From Candidatus Magasanikiibacteriota bacterium (GTDB lineage Bacteria > Patescibacteriota > Patescibacteriia > Magasanikbacterales > GWA2-37-8): a stretch of 62,786 nucleotides of DNA. A model generated the notes under the pieces. It ran no database searches. It worked only from the letters and a program-made list of their open reading frames with translations, and was not told the origin of the DNA. The translations under genes were made by a program, and so were the position numbers. The DNA lies in the NCBI GenBank assembly GCA_023246715.1, contig JAHFHZ010000002.1:1-62786 (forward strand), written 5' to 3'. Positions 56,371-62,786 of this stretch are shown here, in pieces; positions within the stretch are counted from its first letter, which is position 1; each line of letters starts with the position of its first letter.

Positions 56371-57624
56371 CTATTTCTTTTTCATCAGTTCCAGCGCCTT
56401 ATTCAGCACCGTATCCACGCCAGGTTTTTCCTTTTCGGGATCAAGCTTGATTACCACGTTCGGAACAACGCCTTCTTTGTTAATATTTTTGCCGTGCGGC
56501 GTGTACCATTCGGCCACTGTAATCTTCAGCGCCGAACCGTCGGAAAAATTTTCTAATCCTTGAACCGATCCTTTACCAAAGGTGGTTTCACCGACAATTT
56601 GCGCGGCGCCATAATCTTGCAAGGCGCCCGCCACGATTTCGGAGGCCGAGGCGGACCCACGATTTACCAGAACAATTGTTTTGATTCCTTTTAGGCGGTG
56701 CGCCCCGGTGGTTGGGTGATTTTGCGAAAGACCGTTCAAGCCGCGCTCGCTGACGATCGCGCCGTCGGCAATCCACTCGCTGGCCACGTCTACCGCGGCC
56801 TCTAAATATCCACCCGGGTTATTGCGTAAATCCAGAATAATACCTTTGGCCTTTTGTTTTTTTATTTCATTAATGGTGGAATCTAACTTCAAGAGCAGCT
56901 GGTCGTTAAACTGGGAAATTTGCAAATAAGCAATGCCGCCGGGCTTCCAGGTAAGCTTTATCGAGGGGATATTAATTTTCGCGCGAACAATTTTAAATTC
57001 TTGCGGCTTGGTGAATCCGGTACGGTTCACGGTTAATACCACCGTGGTGCCACCCGGGCCCCGGATTTTGCTGACGGCGGTTTCTAAATCCATGCCCAGT
57101 GTTGATTCTTTATCGATCAACAAAATTTTGTCTTGCGGTTTGAGCCCGATTTTTTCGGCTGGCGCGCCTGACAGCGGCGAGATAACAATTAGTTGGGAAT
57201 TTTTATCTAAACCAACTTCGGCGCCGATGCCCTCGAGCTCGCCCGAGAGGCCTTGAGAAAATTCAGTAGCTTCTTTCGGCGGCAGATAGGTGGTGTACGG
57301 ATCGCCCACGGCCGCGACCATCCCCTGGATCGCGCCATAAAATAAATCACTGTCTTTAACGGGCTGATGAACGTATTTTTGTTTGACTTCATCCCACACT
57401 TTCCAGAACTGATTAAAGTCAACGGTACTCACCGGCTGCACGGCGCGGTTAATATTCACCGCCACCGAACCGCCCGTACTTTGAGCTTTGGTAACGTTTT
57501 CGCTGTTCTGCCCCCGGCCGATAATTACGCCGCCGGTAAAAGCGGCGATCACCACGATAGTGGCCACATACGAGCTGACATAGCGCAGAGCTCTATTTTT
57601 AATCGGAGAAGAGTTACTGTCCAT
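56371..57624 (-). CDS. S41 C-terminal processing peptidase (CtpA-like)
   Basis: DPYT, GIGA PDZ, LDLRNNPGG, SASASEI, TFGKGSVQ. Confidence 0.95.
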   Translation of the reverse strand: MDSNSSPIKNRALRYVSSYVATIVVIAAFTGGVIIGRGQNSENVTKAQSTGGSVAVNINRAVQPVSTVDFNQFWKVWDEVKQKYVHQPVKDSDLFYGAIQGMVAAVGDPYTTYLPPKEATEFSQGLSGELEGIGAEVGLDKNSQLIVISPLSGAPAEKIGLKPQDKILLIDKESTLGMDLETAVSKIRGPGGTTVVLTVNRTGFTKPQEFKIVRAKINIPSIKLTWKPGGIAYLQISQFNDQLLLKLDSTINEIKKQKAKGIILDLRNNPGGYLEAAVDVASEWIADGAIVSERGLNGLSQNHPTTGAHRLKGIKTIVLVNRGSASASEIVAGALQDYGAAQIVGETTFGKGSVQGLENFSDGSALKITVAEWYTPHGKNINKEGVVPNVVIKLDPEKEKPGVDTVLNKALELMKKK

Positions 57625-57672
57625 AGGATATATTTATTACAGAATAGACTTAGGCGACTAGCAACGGCGAGT

Positions 57673-58977
57673 TTATTTACATACTTCAATTTTGGCGCCC
57701 ACGCTATTGAGCGTTTGATATAAATCTTCGTAGCCACGATCAATCATATAGGTATCGTTGAGCCGGGAGTGCCCTTTAGCGGCCAGCATACAAATAAGCA
57801 CGTTCACTGCCGGGCGCAGCGCGGGGGGGCATTTCAGTTCGGCACCGCGCAACTTCACCGGGCCTTCGACCCACAAACGATGCGGATCAAGCAGCGTAAT
57901 CTTGGCGCCTAATTTTTGCAGATCAAGCGCGTAGACCGCCCGGTTTTCATAGGCCCAATCATGTACCAAGGTGCGGCCCTTGGCCTGGGTGAGCATGGGA
58001 ATAAACAACGGCAGATTATCGATGTTTAAACCCGGGAACGGACGGCCATAAATTTTATCTGGCAGCGCGACTAGGCGACTAGGAAAAACAGTTATGTCCG
58101 CAATGGTGAATTTTTTATTTTTGGAAACCCGCTTGTTCTTGATCACATACTTAAGGCCCATCACTTCGAGTTTGCAGAGTTCTAATTCCAAAAATTCCAG
58201 CGGGCAGTTAGTAACGCTGAGCTCGGAACGGGTGGTGATCGCCGCAGATAAATACGTCAGAGCCGCGATTGGGTCGGGCATGATCGGATACGCCGATACT
58301 TCACGCAGTTGCTTAACGCCGGTGATAGTAAGCGTGGTAGTACCGATGCCTTTAATTTTGGCGCCCGCGCTGTTTAAAAAATAGCACAAATCCTGCACCA
58401 TGTAATTGGCCGACGCCATTTTAATGATAGAGACACCTTTGGCAAGCACAGCCGCCAGAATGGCGTTTTCGGTAGCAGCGTCACCCGACTCGTACATCAC
58501 TATGTCGGCGGCCGTGAGTTCGGCCGCGCTTTTGACTTCGTAATATTCGGGGCGCGAAACAACTTCGACGCCGAACTTGCGCAACGCGTACCAATGGGGG
58601 CGCACGGTGCGCTTGCCCAGATGGCAACCGCCTGATTTGTACAGTTTAAAATGACGCACGCGGGCGGCAAGCGATCCGGCAAACAAGAGCGAGGCGCGCA
58701 CGCTACGGCAGGCAGCCCGATCAATAGATTCCAAACGTAGCGGCCCACTGGCATCTACCCGCACCTGATGGTCGCGGGGGCGCGTAATTTTCACGCCGAT
58801 ACTCTGCAGCAATTCCAGCAAACGGTCGACTTCTTCGATCTGGGGAACGTCGGTAAGGGTGGTAGTACCTTTAATTAATAGCGTCGCTGAAAGAATAGAA
58901 ACAGCCGAATTTTTATTCGACTGATTGACAATAGTTCCATGTAATTTTCGGCCGCCCTGGATCAATAAATGCGACAT
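57673..58977 (-). CDS. murA: UDP-N-acetylglucosamine 1-carboxyvinyltransferase
   Basis: KNS, RAS, GGCHLGKR (catalytic Cys), ATEN, PFPG, YENR, IDRGYE. Confidence 0.93.
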   Translation of the reverse strand: MSHLLIQGGRKLHGTIVNQSNKNSAVSILSATLLIKGTTTLTDVPQIEEVDRLLELLQSIGVKITRPRDHQVRVDASGPLRLESIDRAACRSVRASLLFAGSLAARVRHFKLYKSGGCHLGKRTVRPHWYALRKFGVEVVSRPEYYEVKSAAELTAADIVMYESGDAATENAILAAVLAKGVSIIKMASANYMVQDLCYFLNSAGAKIKGIGTTTLTITGVKQLREVSAYPIMPDPIAALTYLSAAITTRSELSVTNCPLEFLELELCKLEVMGLKYVIKNKRVSKNKKFTIADITVFPSRLVALPDKIYGRPFPGLNIDNLPLFIPMLTQAKGRTLVHDWAYENRAVYALDLQKLGAKITLLDPHRLWVEGPVKLRGAELKCPPALRPAVNVLICMLAAKGHSRLNDTYMIDRGYEDLYQTLNSVGAKIEVCK

Positions 58978-59068
58978 ACAAAGGTAAAAACTGATTATTT
59001 TGACGCTGGAGCCATTTATACAGTACTATTAACTATACTGAAATTAACTGTTAAAGTCAAAAGTCGCT

Positions 59069-60427
59069 ATGGAATATCCTGGCAGCGTTTTAACCCGCAA
59101 ATGGCGCCGTGGGCTGCTCTGTTTTTTTATTGCCACGTTCCTGATAACTACCCCGATTATTGTCCTGTACACCTCGGGCTACCGCTATGATTGGCATAAC
59201 GGACTTTTGAAACAAACCGGCGCTCTGAGCCTGGACATGCAACCTCGTGACGCTGAATTATATATTAATAACGAACGGATTATCGGCCTGGCACCATTTC
59301 GGTTTAAAAATATTGCTCCCGGCCACTACCACGTGCGCCTAACGGCAACGGGTTACTACTCCTGGGAAAAAGAAATTGACATCCGGGAAAAACAAACGAC
59401 CTATTTGAAGGATATTGAACTGATTGCCAAGAGTAGAGCGGAATTGATCGCCGAGGGCCCCATCACCCAACTTTTTTTATCACCCGACGAACGCACTCTT
59501 TTATACGCGCTACCGAGCGCTACCAGCACCGCCTGGCATTTGCTGGATACTCCGAGTCAGCAAAGTAGAGTAATTTTTCGTGGCCCCTCCACCCAAAACG
59601 CTCAAACAGCGTGGGCAAAGAAACAAAGTTTCGCGGCCTGGAGCATGCCAGGCACCACAACAGCCAAGTTGGCGATAGCCAACACGAACGAAGGTTCGGC
59701 CGCAGTGGTCGCGGAGATCGAAAATGGTTCGGGTTTTTATTGGCAAGAAAATGGAGCGGTTCCGCTCTTATATTACCGTTTTGAGAATCAACTTATTACG
59801 TACAACCCCCTGACCGGCCAACATACCCAGGCAGGTGAACTGGCGGCGCTGGACTGGAGCGTGTATCGTGACCAGATCTGGACATTGACCCAGACCTCGT
59901 CTACCGCTCCACTTATTATTACCAAAGATGCTTTGGGTTTTAGCACCGTTTTTGGGCAATTAACAAATGACGCGTTGAGAGAACGAGCGTCCGAGCTTGA
60001 GCAGTGGCGCCTGGAACTAGTGTACGAGGGCGGCGTACTTTTAAAAAATAATGCAACAAACCAACTTTATATTCTCAGCGAGGCGGGCGGGCGGTTGTTG
60101 CCGGGCAGCGGCACCACCTTGCTTTCACCATTTGGCAATTGGCTCTTGTGGTGGAATGATTCAGAGCTCTGGAGTTACTTGCCCAGCGAAGAACCACAAT
60201 TATTAAAACGTTCAGGCGAACGACTGCAGGCGATTACGCCGCTGGACACCTTTAACACGCTGGCTCTGGCCACAGCTCAGGGAGTAAAGGCCTTGTTCCC
60301 CTACTATTTGGTTGAAACTGAACTGCCCATTAGCGCCACCAATCTGGTGGCAGCCGTGGAACAACGCTGGCTGTACGTAGTCGGCAGCGCGCAGAATAAA
60401 ATGGGGCTGTGGAAACTGGCTTATTAA
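59069..60427 (+). CDS. PEGA-domain membrane-anchored protein
   Basis: TM, Y..GYRYD, TG.L.....P..A..YIN, PG.Y.V.L...GY..WEK. Confidence 0.85.
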   Translation: MEYPGSVLTRKWRRGLLCFFIATFLITTPIIVLYTSGYRYDWHNGLLKQTGALSLDMQPRDAELYINNERIIGLAPFRFKNIAPGHYHVRLTATGYYSWEKEIDIREKQTTYLKDIELIAKSRAELIAEGPITQLFLSPDERTLLYALPSATSTAWHLLDTPSQQSRVIFRGPSTQNAQTAWAKKQSFAAWSMPGTTTAKLAIANTNEGSAAVVAEIENGSGFYWQENGAVPLLYYRFENQLITYNPLTGQHTQAGELAALDWSVYRDQIWTLTQTSSTAPLIITKDALGFSTVFGQLTNDALRERASELEQWRLELVYEGGVLLKNNATNQLYILSEAGGRLLPGSGTTLLSPFGNWLLWWNDSELWSYLPSEEPQLLKRSGERLQAITPLDTFNTLALATAQGVKALFPYYLVETELPISATNLVAAVEQRWLYVVGSAQNKMGLWKLAY

Positions 60428-60439
60428 AATACAAAACGT

Positions 60440-60856
60440 ATGAAACTAACAACCTTCACCGATGGCGGCGCGCGCGGTAATCCGGGGCCAGCAGCGGCCG
60501 GCGTGGTAGTAAAAGATTCCACGGGTAAAATTTTGGCAGCGTATGGGGAATACCTCGGTTTACAGACCAATAATTACGCCGAGTACAAGGCGCTGATTTC
60601 GGCGCTGCAGAAAGCCCACGAATTAGGAGCGGTCGAGGTAGACTGCATACTCGATAGCGAGCTGGTCGTGAAGCAAATGCGACGGGAATACCGGGTAAAG
60701 GAACCAGGTTTACAAAAATTGTTTATTGAAGCTTTTAACGCCAGCCAGGCATTCAAACACGTCTCGTTCCGTCACGTCCTGCGCGCCAACAACAAAGAAG
60801 CCGACGCGCAGGTAAATAAAATTCTGGATTTCGAAACTGGAATGAGTAAACGTTGA
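60440..60856 (+). CDS. rnhA: Ribonuclease HI
   Basis: TDGGARGNPGPA, TNNYAEY, DSELVV.Q, HV.R..N..AD. Confidence 0.93.
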   Translation: MKLTTFTDGGARGNPGPAAAGVVVKDSTGKILAAYGEYLGLQTNNYAEYKALISALQKAHELGAVEVDCILDSELVVKQMRREYRVKEPGLQKLFIEAFNASQAFKHVSFRHVLRANNKEADAQVNKILDFETGMSKR

Positions 60857-60871
60857 ATTATTACCACCACC

Positions 60872-61687
60872 TTACCGATCTTGGTTAGAGCGAATGAGCC
60901 GTTTAATGATTCGCGGCAAACGACGCCCAGGCTTAATCGGCGCGGTAGAAGTACTCGAAGAGCTGGTTTGATAACTTGTAGTTACTTCTTTTTCTCTCTG
61001 CTCTATCGGATTATTGTTGTTTTTATCATTCTTTTGGCGCTCGCGCGGCGTTACCGGGCTAACGCCTGGTTGAGGAAGGAAGCGCCCGGTTGGAACGCGA
61101 ACTTTTTCGAGTATCTTTTTGCGGGCGGCTTCTTTTTTCTCTAAACGTTCCACGCGCAATTCCAGGCGCTGTTTTATTTTTTGCTGTAATTTTTCGTCTG
61201 TAATAGCGGCGGACTGACCAAGCTTTATCGCGCGTTCGTTGACGCGCTCTAGATCGGCCAGATGTTTTTCGATTTTATTAATTTCTCTTTCAACAGCCAC
61301 GGTTTGTTTCTGGCGGCGTTCCAGCACGGTAACTTCTTCTTCACGCCGAGCAATCTTTTTTAAATCAAACTCGGCTTTTTTGGTCGGAGTCGTTTGTAAT
61401 TTTTCTTCTACTTTTTCTAAGACTTTCTTTACTGGATAGAGCGGGGTTCCCACAGTGACCTCGGGACTTTGGTAGGCATAGGCGCCCGTACCGGTGCAGA
61501 CGGCCAAAACCAGCGCCAAAGCGCCGGCCATAACAAAACGAAAATGGCGACGTGGCGGTCGGGCAGACTGGCTAAACTGAGCGGCCGAAACAGCCGTCAG
61601 GCGATTTTTGAGCGCCTGGCGAAACTGTGGCCGAGCGCAGAGCGTTCGACGCAAACGATATAACTTGTAACGGGTTACTACATTCAT
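60872..61687 (-). CDS. DUF5667-like membrane protein, putative anti-sigma factor
   Basis: P.F...L..RL, TM helix, G.PLYPVK...E, coiled coil; overlaps the sigma gene stop. Confidence 0.7.
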   Translation of the reverse strand: MNVVTRYKLYRLRRTLCARPQFRQALKNRLTAVSAAQFSQSARPPRRHFRFVMAGALALVLAVCTGTGAYAYQSPEVTVGTPLYPVKKVLEKVEEKLQTTPTKKAEFDLKKIARREEEVTVLERRQKQTVAVEREINKIEKHLADLERVNERAIKLGQSAAITDEKLQQKIKQRLELRVERLEKKEAARKKILEKVRVPTGRFLPQPGVSPVTPRERQKNDKNNNNPIEQREKEVTTSYQTSSSSTSTAPIKPGRRLPRIIKRLIRSNQDR

Positions 61688-62193
61688 AGATGTTCTCGTA
61701 ATTTTTTGAGGGCGCGGTGGGCAGCCACTTTAACGGCTCCCACACTTTGGCCCAGTTCATCGGCGATTTCCTGATAACTATACCCGATTAGGTAGTGTAA
61801 AGTTACAATTTTTTGTTCGGTTTCGTTCAGTTTTAGCAGCAGCTCGGCAATTTCGCGGCGAGCGGCATCTTTTTGGCATATTTCCAGGGCTTTTTTCAGC
61901 CAAATGGCGTCGGAGGGGCCGGTTTCATCTTCGGTTTCATCTTCCCCGGGGAGCGGCTGGGTGGGGCGCCGATCACGAAAATGGTTGGCCAAGTGATTGC
62001 GGGCAATCGTCATGATCCAGGCGCTGGTACTTTGCGCGCTGTCGTAATCGGCAAAATGTTGCAGCGCCTTGATAAAAACCTCGGAAACCAAATCTTCGGC
62101 CAGCTCCCGATCGGTGCCTACGCGAAAAAAAACAAAGCGATAGACTTTGTCGAAATGACGATCGTAAAAAGCGTTGAATTCTGCTTGAGACAT
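61684..62193 (-). CDS. ECF RNA polymerase sigma factor
   Basis: VYRFV, AEDLVSEVFIKA, WI.TIARN, Y.EIA..LG.S.GAVK...HRA..KLR; true start MSQAEF. Confidence 0.93.
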   Translation of the reverse strand: MSQAEFNAFYDRHFDKVYRFVFFRVGTDRELAEDLVSEVFIKALQHFADYDSAQSTSAWIMTIARNHLANHFRDRRPTQPLPGEDETEDETGPSDAIWLKKALEICQKDAARREIAELLLKLNETEQKIVTLHYLIGYSYQEIADELGQSVGAVKVAAHRALKKLREHL

Positions 62194-62288
62194 AAAAAAA
62201 GTATACCACTGGTGGTATACGCACGGCAACGGTTGTTTGGGAAACCGCTTATTTTTGGCACAAGCAACTTGCGAACAAAACAAGGGGC

Positions 62289-62321
62289 GCGGGCAGCTGG
62301 CAACGGGTGCCAGCTGGCCGC
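62289..62321 (-). terminator. GC-rich hairpin downstream of the GC-rich edge ORF
   Basis: GCGG-G-CAGCTGGCA-ACGGG-TGCCAGCTG-G-CCGC. Confidence 0.5.
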
Positions 62322-62341
62322 AGGGGGGGGTGGGTGACAGG

Positions 62342-62786
62342 TTACTCGTTTGGCTGGGCGGGCGGCAGGGGCAGGCTCTGCACCTGGGCGCGGCAGAACG
62401 CGGCACCGTCAGTGCCGCCCATCGCCACGCCTACCGCCTGCTCGCGGGTGTGATCCCGGCCGTCGGCGACGGGCTCCGGGGGCAGCTGCGGCAGCGTCCA
62501 GTGATCCTGGCTCGAGCCGATGCCCTTGATGTACAGCTCTGTCCGACAGCCACCACCCCAGAAAATGGCGTAGGCGTATATCGCCCATGGGCCCGCCTGC
62601 TGGACCTCCTTGGGGATCACCAGGACGTGGCGGGGGCGGGCGGTGGCCGTGGCGGCCAGCGCCCGCAGGCACTGGTTGCGCTTCGGCCCCTTCTTTTTGG
62701 GACACTTCTGGGGCGGGGGCGGCAGGGCGGCGAGCTCGTCGGCAGGAGCGCTCGGGGCGCTGAGAGCGCTGATAGCAAGGACCAAC
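62342..62786 (-). CDS. GC-rich hypothetical protein, probably secreted, 5' end outside the window
   Basis: Open frame to the edge; signal-peptide-like VLAISALSA; 4 Cys; Pro-rich. Confidence 0.55.
   Translation of the reverse strand, partial: LVLAISALSAPSAPADELAALPPPPQKCPKKKGPKRNQCLRALAATATARPRHVLVIPKEVQQAGPWAIYAYAIFWGGGCRTELYIKGIGSSQDHWTLPQLPPEPVADGRDHTREQAVGVAMGGTDGAAFCRAQVQSLPLPPAQPNE

Noticed and set aside
62194..62406. N-terminal Cys/Pro-rich extension of the sigma factor in the ORF track
   Set aside because: It runs through the intergenic hairpin and the neighbouring ORF; sigma homology begins at MSQAEF (62193).

Overview
A gene-dense bacterial chromosome segment. The gene set and style suggest a Patescibacteria (CPR, Parcubacteria-like) genome, which is an inference: short ProS and MetG, a soluble VirD4/HerA-like ATPase, a membrane-anchored Clp ATPase, PEGA and DUF5667-like proteins, and AT-rich translation starts that mostly lack a Shine-Dalgarno. 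Most of it is housekeeping (atp, metG, proS, thiI, dnaB, recR, mraZ-rsmH-ftsL, murJ, lepA, recJ, pyrG, era, murA, rnhA) plus a surface-glycan cluster. The standout is a split, modular PEP-synthase/rifampin-phosphotransferase-like system at 13.3-19.4 kb. It has one stand-alone ATP-grasp domain, three divergent proteins pairing a variable N-terminal domain with a phospho-His swivel domain, a minimal His-swivel ORF, and an antisense GC-rich SixA-like histidine phosphatase. A further module of the same type sits between GT2 and DUF2304-like genes at 46.5-47.9 kb. No pyruvate-binding barrel is encoded in the window. Also seen: three TGTCATT/AATGACA-type palindromic repeats, phased MraZ boxes, an unlisted 31-aa membrane peptide and a second GC-rich island at the right edge. 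I recognised no tRNA, rRNA, CRISPR array or transposase. All product calls come from motif recognition; no database searches were run.
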